DNA of 64,000 bases from Candidatus Cloacimonadota bacterium. GTDB taxonomy: Bacteria; Cloacimonadota; Cloacimonadia; Cloacimonadales; TCS61. Location: contig JABGOP010000003.1 in assembly GCA_018645365.1 (NCBI GenBank), positions 3,967-67,966 of the forward strand, written 5' to 3'. Below the pieces are notes generated by a model. That model was not told the DNA's origin and did no database searches. It saw only the letters and a list, made by a program, of their open reading frames with translations. The translations under genes and the position numbers were made by a program. Below, one piece after another: positions 1 through 9,538 of the stretch. Each line of letters starts with the position of its first letter. Position 1 is the stretch's first letter.

Positions 1-2423
1 TGTTAAAAAAAAATAATCCCACAAAAACTTTGGCTTGGATGAATTTGGAAGAACATTTTCAAAGAATGAAAAATGTTCAGATGACAGATTTGTTTGAAAA
101 TGATAAGAAAAGATTTAATAAATTTTCGCTGGTTTTGGAAGATATTCTGGTTGATTTCTCTAAAAATATCATCAATGATGAAACCATAAAATTATTCAAA
201 CAACTCGTTGAAGAAGTTGATTTAAAAGACGCGATTGAACAACAATTTTCTGGGAAAATCATTAACGAAACAGAAAATAGAGCCGTTTTGCACACCGCCC
301 TCCGAAATCGTGCAAACAGCCCCATTTTTGTCAACGAAGAAGATGTGATGCCACAAATTAATTCTGCCCTTAAAAAAATAGAAAATTTTTCTAATCAGAT
401 AACTTCTGGGCAAATTAAAGGTTTTTCTGGACGCACAATTACCGATATTGTTAACATTGGAATCGGCGGTTCAGATTTGGGACCGAAAATGGTGACCGAA
501 GCACTGAAATCTTACAAAAAAATAAACATCAACACCTATTTTGTGGCCAACATAGACGGTTCAGATATCGTCGATATATTGAAAAAACTGGATTCAGAAA
601 CTACACTTTTCATCATTGCCTCCAAGACTTTTTCGACCTTAGAAACAATGACAAACGCAGAAACTGCCAAAAAATGGTTTTTACTTCACGCGAAAGATGA
701 GAAACAAATCGCAAAACACTTTGTGGCAGTAACTGCCAATAAAATTTCGGCCGAAAATTTTGGTATCGATTCAAGTAACATTTTCCAATTTGCCGATTGG
801 GTAGGTGGCAGATATTCACTTTGGAGTTCAATTGGACTCTCAATTTCTTGTGCAATTGGTTACGAAAATTTTGCAGAAATTTTGGAAGGTGCATTCACGA
901 TGGACGAACATTTCAGAAATGAAAACTTCGAAAATAATATTCCTCAAATTTTAGCATTAATCAGCATTTGGTATCTCAATTTCTTTGGCACAATTTCCGA
1001 AGCCATATTACCTTATGATAACTATTTACACTTTTTGCCAAGCTATCTCCAACAAGTAAACATGGAAAGTAATGGTAAAAATGTCGATCGCGATGGACAA
1101 CTAATTTCATACCAAACAGCACCCATTATTTGGGGTGGCGTTGGCACAAACAGTCAACATTCGTTTTTTCAGCTACTTCATCAAGGTTCACAATTAATTC
1201 CGTGTGATTTTATCGTTCCGGCAATCACACACAACCCGATTGGCGACCATCATCAGAAATTGCTCTCAAATTTTTTCGCACAGACAGAAGCACTCATGGT
1301 CGGCAGTAAAAGCAATGAAAATGCATTCAAAAATTTTAATGGAAATCGCCCCACAAACTCTATCATTTTCAACAAAATAACGCCACGAAATTTGGGAAGT
1401 TTAATCGCAATGTACGAACACAAAATTTTTACGCAAGGTGTTATTTGGAATATATTTAGCTTCGATCAATTTGGAGTTGAATTGGGCAAAAAACTTGCCA
1501 AAACTATTTTGCCAGAACTCTCGGAAAAAACCAAAAGTTCCAAACATGATTCATCTACCAATGGTCTGATAAATTATTTCAAAAACATCAGCAAAACTGC
1601 TGAAAACCAGCATTATTTTCTGCAAAAAATTGGTGCAAATCGAAATTTAATCACGCTACCAACACTACCTGAAATTCAAATTAACATTTTACGCACTTGC
1701 TATAAAGAAGCACTTTCTAGCAAACAAATTGCTGAATTTTTAGGAAAAAAGCAAAAATCTGGTAATCTTAAGCGCGCGCTTTACGCTCTCAATAAGAAAA
1801 AACTTTTACACTACACAATTCCAGAAAAACCACATAGCTCCTTCCAAAAACACGAAATCACGGAAAAAGGAAAAGAAGTTTTGGCGTTTTATGAAGACAA
1901 GAAAAAAGAACTTTTAAATCGCATCCAAATAATCAAAGGCGACATTACCCAAATTGAAGTGGAAGCAGTTGTAAACGCAGCCAACAACTCACTTCTCGGT
2001 GGTAGCGGAGTGGACGGCGCAATTCATCGAGCCGCTGGCAGCGAATTAGTGCGTGAATGCAGATTAATCGGCCGTTGTGCCACTGGCGATGCAGTTATCA
2101 CAAAAGCCTATTCATTGTCCGCAAAAAACATCATTCACGCAGTCGGTCCCATTTGGCATGGTGGTTCAAATAATGAAGACAACTTATTGGCTTCATGCTA
2201 CAAAAAGAGTTTGGAAATTGCCACCGAAAATAATTTATCCACCGTTGCATTTCCAGCGATAAGCACTGGTGTTTATAGATTTCCACTCGAACGAGCCACC
2301 AAAATTGCCATCAAAATTGTGAAAGATTTTTTGGAAAATAACACCGCCATAGAAAAAGTTATTTTCGTCTGTTACCGCGATAAAACTTACGAAATTTATC
2401 AGAATTTTTTACGGGACAATTAA
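1..2423 (+). CDS. pgi: Glucose-6-phosphate isomerase fused to a winged-helix-like segment and a C-terminal YmdB-type macro domain (5' end clipped by window edge)
   Basis: The frame of ORF 30..2423 stays open to the window start. Upstream codons read LKKNNPTKT, which parallels the E. coli Pgi N-terminus MKNINPTQTAAW, so the ATG seems cut after its first base. On ORF-track numbering, aa 1-519 align collinearly with Pgi ([37 protein letters not shown]). aa ~545-618 look like a wHTH ([19 protein letters not shown]). aa 630-797 are a macro domain ([39 protein letters not shown]). Confidence 0.9.
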   Translation, partial: LKKNNPTKTLAWMNLEEHFQRMKNVQMTDLFENDKKRFNKFSLVLEDILVDFSKNIINDETIKLFKQLVEEVDLKDAIEQQFSGKIINETENRAVLHTALRNRANSPIFVNEEDVMPQINSALKKIENFSNQITSGQIKGFSGRTITDIVNIGIGGSDLGPKMVTEALKSYKKININTYFVANIDGSDIVDILKKLDSETTLFIIASKTFSTLETMTNAETAKKWFLLHAKDEKQIAKHFVAVTANKISAENFGIDSSNIFQFADWVGGRYSLWSSIGLSISCAIGYENFAEILEGAFTMDEHFRNENFENNIPQILALISIWYLNFFGTISEAILPYDNYLHFLPSYLQQVNMESNGKNVDRDGQLISYQTAPIIWGGVGTNSQHSFFQLLHQGSQLIPCDFIVPAITHNPIGDHHQKLLSNFFAQTEALMVGSKSNENAFKNFNGNRPTNSIIFNKITPRNLGSLIAMYEHKIFTQGVIWNIFSFDQFGVELGKKLAKTILPELSEKTKSSKHDSSTNGLINYFKNISKTAENQHYFLQKIGANRNLITLPTLPEIQINILRTCYKEALSSKQIAEFLGKKQKSGNLKRALYALNKKKLLHYTIPEKPHSSFQKHEITEKGKEVLAFYEDKKKELLNRIQIIKGDITQIEVEAVVNAANNSLLGGSGVDGAIHRAAGSELVRECRLIGRCATGDAVITKAYSLSAKNIIHAVGPIWHGGSNNEDNLLASCYKKSLEIATENNLSTVAFPAISTGVYRFPLERATKIAIKIVKDFLENNTAIEKVIFVCYRDKTYEIYQNFLRDN

Positions 2424-3055
2424 TGCCAAAATTTGTGCTAACGCAAGACGGTTCGTTTACCGCGTTCAACGAACAATTTTCGGAACATTACCATTCTATC
2501 AGTGGTGCTTTTGAAGAAGCACTCGAAAAACATGTAAATGCCCTTAAAGTTGAAGATGGCATGCACATTCTTGATTTCTGTTTTGGACTCGGTTACAACA
2601 GTTTCGTTGCCACTATAAACCACAAAAATTTACAAATTATCGGATTGGAAAATGATTTAAATATTTTAACGGCAATTAGCGAAATTGAAGCTCCCAAAAA
2701 ATTACAAAAATCATTTTATACATTTGCTAAAATTGCTGAAAAACAGACAATTACAGATGACAACAATAATCAAATTTCATTAAGAATTGGTGATGCAAAA
2801 AATACAGTTGCATTGTTAAATAGCAATCATTTTGATCGTGTGTTTTTCGATCCATTTTCACCCCAAAAACAACCAGAAATGTGGACTGTTGAAATTTTTA
2901 CAGAAATATTTCGCATCATGAAAAAAGGTGCTAAACTTTCCACTTACAGTTGTGCAAAAATTGTAAGAAAAAATATGGAAATAGCTGGATTTTCCATAAT
3001 TGACGGTCCAAAAATAGGTCGAAAAAGTCCAGCAACAATTGCAACAAAAAAATAA
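2423..3055 (+). CDS. MnmC-N-terminal-like SAM-dependent methyltransferase (DUF752 type)
   Basis: 210 aa. The C-terminal half resembles the E. coli MnmC methyltransferase domain ([14 protein letters not shown] versus FLDGFAPAKNPDMW), followed by a [10 protein letters not shown]... stretch. The start overlaps the pgi stop (TAATG). Confidence 0.7.
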   Translation: MPKFVLTQDGSFTAFNEQFSEHYHSISGAFEEALEKHVNALKVEDGMHILDFCFGLGYNSFVATINHKNLQIIGLENDLNILTAISEIEAPKKLQKSFYTFAKIAEKQTITDDNNNQISLRIGDAKNTVALLNSNHFDRVFFDPFSPQKQPEMWTVEIFTEIFRIMKKGAKLSTYSCAKIVRKNMEIAGFSIIDGPKIGRKSPATIATKK

Positions 3056-3105
3056 CTTGCCTAAATTATCGACTTATTTTTTTTCTCAATCGAAAGGAGA
3101 ATTTT

Positions 3106-4134
3106 ATGTTAGAACGAATTTCTGATCCTGTTTCAAAATCAGAAGATAGAGATTTTGACCGTAGCTTACGCCCTAAAAAACTAGCCGATTTTATCGGTCA
3201 AAAAAAGATAAAAGAGATTTTGGACATCTCCATCAAAGCTGCTAAACTACGCCAAGAACCGCTTGACCATGTCTTGCTTTACGGTCCACCCGGTTTGGGC
3301 AAAACAACACTCGCGCACATCATCGCGAACGAACTTGATACAGACATCAAAATTAGTTCTGGTCCCGTTTTGGATAAAGCACCAGATTTAGCTGGAATTC
3401 TCACAAATCTGCAACGAAATGATGTTTTTTTCATAGATGAAATCCACCGTTTGAACCACATTGTAGAGGAATATATGTATCCCGCCATCGAAGATTTTGA
3501 AATGGAAATCATCATCGACAGTGGACCTTCTGCTCGTTCTTTGAATATCGAAATCGAACCTTTCACATTGATTGGTGCAACCACTCGTGCAGGCTTACTC
3601 ACATCGCCACTGCGAGCACGATTTGGCATTGTTTTACGACTCGATTATTACGATGTTGCGAGTATCAAAAAAATCATCAATCGTTCCGTAAAATTGATGA
3701 ATATTCCCATTGATAATGAGGGAGCGGACGAGATTGCACGGCGTAGCCGTGGCACACCTCGTGTGGCAAACAGACTTCTCCGCAGAGTGCGAGATTATGC
3801 CCAAATTAAGGGTGATGGAAAAATTACTTTTGAAATTGCTCAAAAAGCTCTTAAAATGCTCGATGTAGATCATGCGGGGCTAGATGAAATGGACAAAAGA
3901 CTGATTAAAACTGTCATTGAAAATTATGGCGGTGGACCAGTTGGCTTGAAAACTCTCGCCGTCGCAGTTGGTGAAGATGCTGGCACAATTGAGGAAATTT
4001 ACGAACCATATCTAATTCAGCAAGGTTTTTTGGACAGAACACCACAAGGAAGAAAAGTTACTCTAAAATCTTACCGACACTTCAAAATTTCACCATCACA
4101 AAAACAGATGGATATTTTCGAAAATTTCGAATAA
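3106..4134 (+). CDS. ruvB: Holliday junction branch migration helicase RuvB
   Basis: Walker [22 protein letters not shown] and Walker [10 protein letters not shown], with full-length RuvB collinearity. AAGGAG Shine-Dalgarno lies upstream of the ATG. Confidence 0.97.
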   Translation: MLERISDPVSKSEDRDFDRSLRPKKLADFIGQKKIKEILDISIKAAKLRQEPLDHVLLYGPPGLGKTTLAHIIANELDTDIKISSGPVLDKAPDLAGILTNLQRNDVFFIDEIHRLNHIVEEYMYPAIEDFEMEIIIDSGPSARSLNIEIEPFTLIGATTRAGLLTSPLRARFGIVLRLDYYDVASIKKIINRSVKLMNIPIDNEGADEIARRSRGTPRVANRLLRRVRDYAQIKGDGKITFEIAQKALKMLDVDHAGLDEMDKRLIKTVIENYGGGPVGLKTLAVAVGEDAGTIEEIYEPYLIQQGFLDRTPQGRKVTLKSYRHFKISPSQKQMDIFENFE

Positions 4135-4140
4135 AATAAA

Positions 4141-4170
4141 ACAGCCCTCAAAATATTTGAGGGCTGTTTC
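4141..4170 (+). terminator. Hairpin terminator after ruvB
   Basis: Perfect 12-bp inverted repeat acagccctcaaa / tttgagggctgt (4141-4152 / 4156-4167), 7 nt after the ruvB stop. It is followed by a short T run (tttcc), so the T tract is weak. Confidence 0.55.
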
Positions 4171-4373
4171 CAATGGAAAACTGTAATTATTGGCATTACA
4201 GAAAGGATTTAAACTGCATCCAATTAATCACACGGTCCAATGGGGATCGACCGTTTTCCCAAAATCAGCAGAAGGCTTGTTATAGCCCTCTGCTCTTCGA
4301 ATGAAAGGACTGGAGATTAAATTACCATAAAAAAATGGAAACATAATCACCTCTCATTCGGTTTTGTGTTCGT

Positions 4374-4688
4374 TCACAAAATTTCAAAAACATAATTCCA
4401 CATAAAATAATTCACAAAAATACCCAAAAAAGATACCGTCATCAAAGCATAGATTTGCTTACGAAAACGATGATACAATAATTTATTCAAAAGTAATATA
4501 ATACTCAAAAACGGTCCGAAATATGGTATTAAAAATATGCACACAAAATATAAAAAATAATCTTCTATTTTCATTTTGATGTGGTGGAAATGTCGTTTTG
4601 GAACTTTGCCACAAAAAGGACAGACCATTGAAAATTCTGACTCAATTACAGCGTTACAATACGGACAAACAAATTCATTTCGTGACAT
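4374..4688 (-). CDS. Hypothetical zinc-ribbon membrane protein
   Basis: The maximal ORF is 4374..4733 with a TTG start. The ATG at 4688 is preceded by GGAGAG at good spacing. Two CxxC pairs (CPYC, CPFC) are followed by two hydrophobic helices. No family was recognised. Confidence 0.5.
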   Translation of the reverse strand: MSRNEFVCPYCNAVIESEFSMVCPFCGKVPKRHFHHIKMKIEDYFLYFVCIFLIPYFGPFLSIILLLNKLLYHRFRKQIYALMTVSFLGIFVNYFMWNYVFEIL

Positions 4689-4831
4689 TACATTACTCTC
4701 CATAATTGCATATACACGCAATTTCTGTTCCAAAATGAATTTTTTCTTAAAATATTTTTATTGTCTCGTGGCTATGTTATTATTTTGCAGTTTGTTATGA
4801 ATTTTTATTTTTACTATTTTCGGTGAAAAGG

Positions 4832-4898
4832 AAAAACCGAACTTTAAAATTCGGTTTTCAAATTCTCACTTTTGACACAATATGTCTCAAAAGTGAGA
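4832..4898 (-). terminator. Tandem hairpins after the sigma-54 response regulator gene
   Basis: Read on the minus strand, hairpin 4864-4898 (tctcacttttga / tcaaaagtgaga, 12 bp plus 3 inner bp) begins 11 nt after the stop. Hairpin 4833-4858 (aaaaccgaa / ttcggtttt) follows it and is trailed by tttttcctttt. Confidence 0.55.
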
Positions 4899-4909
4899 CA
4901 CATTATGAA

Positions 4910-6232
4910 TTATGCTAAATTATATTTTTCTCTTAATCTGTACAATGTGCTTCGTGGAATTCCAAGCAATTCTGCCGTTTTTGACTTATCAAAATTACAA
5001 GCATTTAATGCTTTTTGAATTGCATTTATCTCTGCGTTTTTGGTAATCTCTTTTAATGTTACTAAATTATCATTAGGGTAATCTAAATATTCAAAAGCTA
5101 AATGCCGTGAATGAATCATGTGATTTTCAGCCAATAAAACAGCTCGTTTAATCAAGTTTTTTAGCTCACGTACATTTCCGGGATATGGATAGTCCAATAA
5201 CTTTCTCATCGCTGATTTTGAGACTGTTTCCACTTGCTTTTTCAAAGTATCATTATTTTCACAGATAAAACATTTAATCAAGACTGGCAGATCATCTTTT
5301 CTTTGCAATAAAGTTGGTAATTCAATTTTAAATTCGTTCAAACGATGGTATAAATCATCTCTAAATTCACCCTTTTTCACTTTTTCAGCAAGGTCAACAT
5401 TGGAAGCTGCGATTATGCGTACATTAACCTCTGAACATTTTTCAGCACCAATCGGCTTGATTTTCTTATCTTGTAAAACACGCAAAAATTTTGCCTGCAT
5501 GTTAAGTAATAAATTGTTGATTTCATCTAAAAAAAGGGTGCCTCCATTGGCTTGTTCAAAAATCCCCTTTCTATCAAACTCTGCACCGGTAAAAGCACCT
5601 TTCTTATGACCAAACAGTTCACTTTCAAATAATGAATCTGGAATTGCACCACAATCCACTGGAATAAATGGAGATTTACGACACTCACTTCTATCGTGAA
5701 TCATATTGGCAAAAAGTTCTTTTCCAGTTCCACTTTTTCCTTGCAAAACTACCGAAAAAGGCGAAGATGCGACTATATTTATCTGCTGTAAAACTCTCTT
5801 TATCGCTTCACTATCACCCAAAATATGTTTGGTTTTCAATTGTTTTTGCAATTTCTCTACCGTTGAAATTAGTTCCATTTTCTCTAATGCTTTTTGGATA
5901 ACCAAGACTACTTCTTCATTATCAAATGGCTTGTTCAAATAGTCGTAAGCTCCTAGTTTAATGGCCTCCACAGCTGTTTTAGTGTCACTGTAAGCTGTCA
6001 TCATCACGACGGCAATATCGCTATTTTCTCGAATTATGGGTAACATTTCCATACCATCCGCATCGGGAAGTTTTATATCCAAAAGTACTAAATGAGGACG
6101 AAAAGAGGTTATTTTTTGAAAAGCAGTTTTGCCATCTTCAGCAGTTTCCACTTCAAAACCAGCCTTTGCAATAACTTTTGAGAGAATAAATCTGATGGGT
6201 TGTTCATCATCTACAATGAGAATTTTCTTCAT
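4910..6232 (-). CDS. Sigma-54-dependent response regulator (REC + AAA+ + Fis-type HTH, NtrC family)
   Basis: Receiver domain KKILIVDDEQ...LLDIKLPDADG. Walker A LQGKSGTGKELFA. Sigma-54 contact loop GAFTGA. C-terminal HTH ELLGIPRSTLYRLREKY. Confidence 0.93.
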   Translation of the reverse strand: MKKILIVDDEQPIRFILSKVIAKAGFEVETAEDGKTAFQKITSFRPHLVLLDIKLPDADGMEMLPIIRENSDIAVVMMTAYSDTKTAVEAIKLGAYDYLNKPFDNEEVVLVIQKALEKMELISTVEKLQKQLKTKHILGDSEAIKRVLQQINIVASSPFSVVLQGKSGTGKELFANMIHDRSECRKSPFIPVDCGAIPDSLFESELFGHKKGAFTGAEFDRKGIFEQANGGTLFLDEINNLLLNMQAKFLRVLQDKKIKPIGAEKCSEVNVRIIAASNVDLAEKVKKGEFRDDLYHRLNEFKIELPTLLQRKDDLPVLIKCFICENNDTLKKQVETVSKSAMRKLLDYPYPGNVRELKNLIKRAVLLAENHMIHSRHLAFEYLDYPNDNLVTLKEITKNAEINAIQKALNACNFDKSKTAELLGIPRSTLYRLREKYNLA

Positions 6233-6261
6233 TTTGAGTTCTCCAACATTTTTTTATGTCA

Positions 6262-8307
6262 TTACATCTTGCCATTTATCGGGAAAATCATAGTGAATTT
6301 GGAGCCTTTGCCAATTTCACTTTCAACTTCTATTTTACCGTTATGTGCTTCCATTATTTGATATACCAAGCTTAACCCCAAACCAGTTCCATTTTCTTTT
6401 GTAGTGTAAAACGGTTCAAAAACATTTGACAATTTATCTATTTCGATGCCAACTCCATTATCAATAATTTCTAAAATAATATTTCCATTTTGGACAAATG
6501 CTTTCACCTTCAATTTTCCACCATTTGGCATCGCATCGATTGCGTTGATAAACACATTGTACAGCACACCTTCTATCTTGACAAAGTCCAACAAAATTAG
6601 CGGTAATTCTGGTAAAATTTCTTTTTCTACTTCAATTTTTTGAGATTTGCAAATCACCTCAACCATCTGAAAAACTTTTTCCAAAACTTCAGAAATGTAA
6701 TTATCTTCAAAATCAGATTGATTATTTTTTGAGAAATTCAAAAGGGTTTGAATCGTCGAAGATGCTCTTTTTGTGGAGTGAATAATCGTATCAATCATCT
6801 TCGTAATTTCATCATTTTCTGGCAATTCTAACCGAATATATTGTGCGGTAGAACTAATGACAGCAAGTGGATTACGTATTTCGTGTGCAACACCAGATGC
6901 GAATTTCCCAATCCCACTCATTCGTTCGGAAAACATCAATTGTTTTTCCATTTTTTTTCGCATTTTCATCTCTTCTGCCAAAGTTTTATTTGCTTTTTCG
7001 ACTTCCTCAACTTTCTTTTTTAAATCAAAAGTTCTATCTTCAATTTGAATAGTTAAAATTTTATTCATATTTGATTTCATTCGATACATAAAATAATATG
7101 ATAAAATCACAATAAAACTCGAAACAAGGATAAATATTACGGCAATTTTATGCTTCATGTCATCAACCTCTTTTTGCTGATTCATCAAATGAATTCTATT
7201 TTCTTGTTCAGCAAAATTACGGTCTATTTCAAATTGATTTTTTATATCATCTTCGCCTAATTCCTGATATTTTGTTAAATACTCATCGGATAAACGAATA
7301 TAATAAACTGTCTTTTTATAATCTTTTTTAGCCTCATAGTAATGGGAAATCTTGTCGTAAATCTCGCCAATTAGCTTAATATGTTTCAGTTCTTCTGCAA
7401 TTTCAACAGCCTTAAAAAGCACCTTTTTCGCTTCTACTTTTTTATCTAATTTCAAATATATCTCGCCAATATTATATAAATTATTTGCAATCGTTAATCT
7501 TTCGCCAATAGCTTTAGCAATTTCATTGGATTTTCCTAAATAATTTAGTGCTAAATCATATTTTTTCAACGAAATATAGGTTGAAGCTATATTCGTTAAA
7601 TTCGTGGCAATATCACTTTTATTTTTAGATTTTTCATCAATTTTGAGAGAACGGTTATAGCATTCCAACGCTAAATCATATTTCCCTTGTTCATCGTAAA
7701 CCATCGCCAAATTAGTGAGTGCATTTGAAATTTGTTGCTTTGCTTCAATTTTTTCCGCCAATGCTAAACATCTTTCGTATATTTCTGCGGCGGCTGAAAA
7801 CTCAAGCAATTCATAATTAATATTAGCAATTGCATTGTAAATATCTATAATCATCGTTTCATCATGCAACTTTTCAGCAATTTTCAATGCCTTTTGAGCA
7901 TATTTAAATGCTGTATCGTAATGGGAATTTATGCGATAAAGTGTGGAAAGCACAACATAAGAATTCATTAAGCCAAATTCATCTTTAATCTCAGCTCTTA
8001 TTTTTGTGGCTTTTTGAACATTTTCTAATGCAGAACCGTATTGACTTAAATAGAAGCAAGATACTCCTATTTTATGAATCGCTTTTGCCCTATTTTTTTT
8101 ATTTTTTGTCAATCCCAAAATTTCTTCATAGTATAAAATCCCTTTTTCAGGATTTTCAGTTTGGAAAGATTCGCCAATTTGGAATAGAATTTCAATTTTT
8201 GATGACTTTGAAGAAGAATTTTCGAGAACATTTTTCAAGCTATCTACATTTGCAAATAAGTAAAAATTAAAGATTGAAACTAAAAAAAATAATCCAATTT
8301 TTTTCAT
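6262..8307 (-). CDS. Sensor histidine kinase with N-terminal signal peptide and TPR-repeat sensor region
   Basis: Signal-like N-terminus, about 330 aa of TPR-like repeats and one TM helix (IAVIFILVSSFIVILSYYF). H-box SGVAHEIRNPL, N-box NAIDAM, G-boxes DNGVGI and GTGLGLSLV. The track start 8310 is TTG; the ATG at 8307 follows GGAGGT. Confidence 0.9.
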   Translation of the reverse strand: MKKIGLFFLVSIFNFYLFANVDSLKNVLENSSSKSSKIEILFQIGESFQTENPEKGILYYEEILGLTKNKKNRAKAIHKIGVSCFYLSQYGSALENVQKATKIRAEIKDEFGLMNSYVVLSTLYRINSHYDTAFKYAQKALKIAEKLHDETMIIDIYNAIANINYELLEFSAAAEIYERCLALAEKIEAKQQISNALTNLAMVYDEQGKYDLALECYNRSLKIDEKSKNKSDIATNLTNIASTYISLKKYDLALNYLGKSNEIAKAIGERLTIANNLYNIGEIYLKLDKKVEAKKVLFKAVEIAEELKHIKLIGEIYDKISHYYEAKKDYKKTVYYIRLSDEYLTKYQELGEDDIKNQFEIDRNFAEQENRIHLMNQQKEVDDMKHKIAVIFILVSSFIVILSYYFMYRMKSNMNKILTIQIEDRTFDLKKKVEEVEKANKTLAEEMKMRKKMEKQLMFSERMSGIGKFASGVAHEIRNPLAVISSTAQYIRLELPENDEITKMIDTIIHSTKRASSTIQTLLNFSKNNQSDFEDNYISEVLEKVFQMVEVICKSQKIEVEKEILPELPLILLDFVKIEGVLYNVFINAIDAMPNGGKLKVKAFVQNGNIILEIIDNGVGIEIDKLSNVFEPFYTTKENGTGLGLSLVYQIMEAHNGKIEVESEIGKGSKFTMIFPINGKM

Positions 8308-8322
8308 CAAACCTCCAGAAAA

Positions 8323-8399
8323 TGGTGGGTGATACGGGATTCGAACCTGTGACCTCTACGATGTCAACGTAGCACTCTAACCAACTGAGCTAATCACCC
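8323..8399 (-). tRNA. tRNA-Val (anticodon GAC), CCA encoded
   Basis: The reverse complement reads GGGTGATTAGCTCAGTTGGTTAGAGTGCTACGTTGACATCGTAGAGGTCACAGGTTCGAATCCCGTATCACCCACCA. It folds as a cloverleaf with a 7-bp acceptor stem, anticodon stem CTACG/CGTAG, loop TTGACAT and T-loop TTCGAAT. There is one A-C mismatch in the T stem. Confidence 0.95.
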
Positions 8400-8536
8400 A
8401 TCAAATTTTGTACAAATTTATTTTTGACTGTATTTCGTCAAGTTTAGCTTTTTAGTATGAAAATTCACAAAAATATCTTTACGATAAAACTGAATTAAAA
8501 AGAGTTGTTTTGATGTTAACTTTGGAGAATTAATAA

Positions 8537-9523
8537 ATGGAAACTTTAGGGAAAATAATTGTTATCGGGTCTGGAAATTGGGGCACAGCTTTGGCCAAAA
8601 TTTTTTCGGAAAACAATAAAGTATATTTGTGGACAATTGATCAAAAAGAAGCTGATAAAATCAATAAAAAACATGAATCACCTTTTTTACCAAACATTAA
8701 ATTGCCAGAAAACATCATTGTTGAAGCAAAATTTTCACGCCAAGTTGAATCAAATGATGTGGTTGTAATCGCCATTCCATCTCGTTTTATCGAAAGTTTG
8801 ACCGACGAATTCACCGCAAATAAAATCACAAATTGCATTATCGTAAACGCTTCAAAAGGAGTGGAACACACAACTCTTAAAACGGTTTGGGAAACAATGA
8901 TGAACAAAATTCCCACTTTGAAATTTGCCAATTTATCGGGACCGACCATCGCGCGTGAAATCGCAGAAGATATTCCCGCAAAAGCCATCTTGGCTGCACG
9001 CGATGTTGCACTGCTATTTCAATTACAACAAAAATTAGAAAATAATCTATTGAAATTTGAATTTAGTCGTGATATAAAAGGAGTAGAATTAGCATCTGCT
9101 TTGAAAGGACTCATTGCAATTGCGGTTGGCATCGCAGATGGCGTTGGTTTCAAAACAAATATATTTGGCGTCATCATGACTTACGGTGTACACGAATTTG
9201 TGACAATTATGAAATTTCTTGGCGTCTATCACAAAACTGCATATAGTATTGCTGGCATGGGAGACTTGATTACAACTTGCATTTCGGAAAATAGTCGTAA
9301 TCGAAAATTTGGGAAATTATTGGGTTTGGGATATTCACGAGATGAAGCTTTGCAAGAAGTTGGTATGGTCGTGGAAGGTGTTTCGATGGCAAAAACTATC
9401 GATAAACTGGCAAAATTTAATCTTTCCATTCCGCTAATTTCGTGTGTCACACGCATTATTTTTGAAGACGTGAAAGATGTAAAAAAAGAACTTTTAACAA
9501 CATTAAATTCTATTTCTGGATAA
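8537..9523 (+). CDS. gpsA: NAD(P)H-dependent glycerol-3-phosphate dehydrogenase
   Basis: N-terminal Rossmann motif VIGSGNWGTALA and full-length GpsA-like organisation (…GVELASALKG…MGDLITTC…SRNRKFG…). Confidence 0.93.
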   Translation: METLGKIIVIGSGNWGTALAKIFSENNKVYLWTIDQKEADKINKKHESPFLPNIKLPENIIVEAKFSRQVESNDVVVIAIPSRFIESLTDEFTANKITNCIIVNASKGVEHTTLKTVWETMMNKIPTLKFANLSGPTIAREIAEDIPAKAILAARDVALLFQLQQKLENNLLKFEFSRDIKGVELASALKGLIAIAVGIADGVGFKTNIFGVIMTYGVHEFVTIMKFLGVYHKTAYSIAGMGDLITTCISENSRNRKFGKLLGLGYSRDEALQEVGMVVEGVSMAKTIDKLAKFNLSIPLISCVTRIIFEDVKDVKKELLTTLNSISG

Positions 9524-9538
9524 AATTATGGAGGAAAA

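Noticed and set aside
4174-4305. 43-codon plus-strand ORF (MENCNYWHYRKDLNC...) in the ruvB downstream spacer
   Set aside because: It has no Shine-Dalgarno, and it starts 4 nt after the end of the ruvB terminator feature (4141-4170). The minus-strand 38-codon ORF with a good Shine-Dalgarno is the better, though still uncertain, candidate.
4734-4909. Search for sigma-54 (-24 GG / -12 GC, TGGCAC-N5-TTGC) promoters as targets of the NtrC-like regulator, here and in the other spacers (8400-8536, 19605-19675, 42639-42761, 44763-44860, 49754-49926, 56775-57024)
   Set aside because: No correctly spaced GG-N10-GC element with flanking consensus was found by eye, so the target promoter is probably outside the window. 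I also declined to call sigma-70-type promoters. Several TTGACA-like hexamers exist (for example near 44814, 49836 and 56969), but none has a convincing -10 at proper spacing.
4135-8399. Possible genomic island integrated at the 3' end of tRNA-Val (kinase, regulator, zinc-ribbon gene)
   Set aside because: There is no integrase, no direct repeat of the tRNA 3' end (only a vague 10-nt resemblance near 4243-4252), and no obvious compositional shift.
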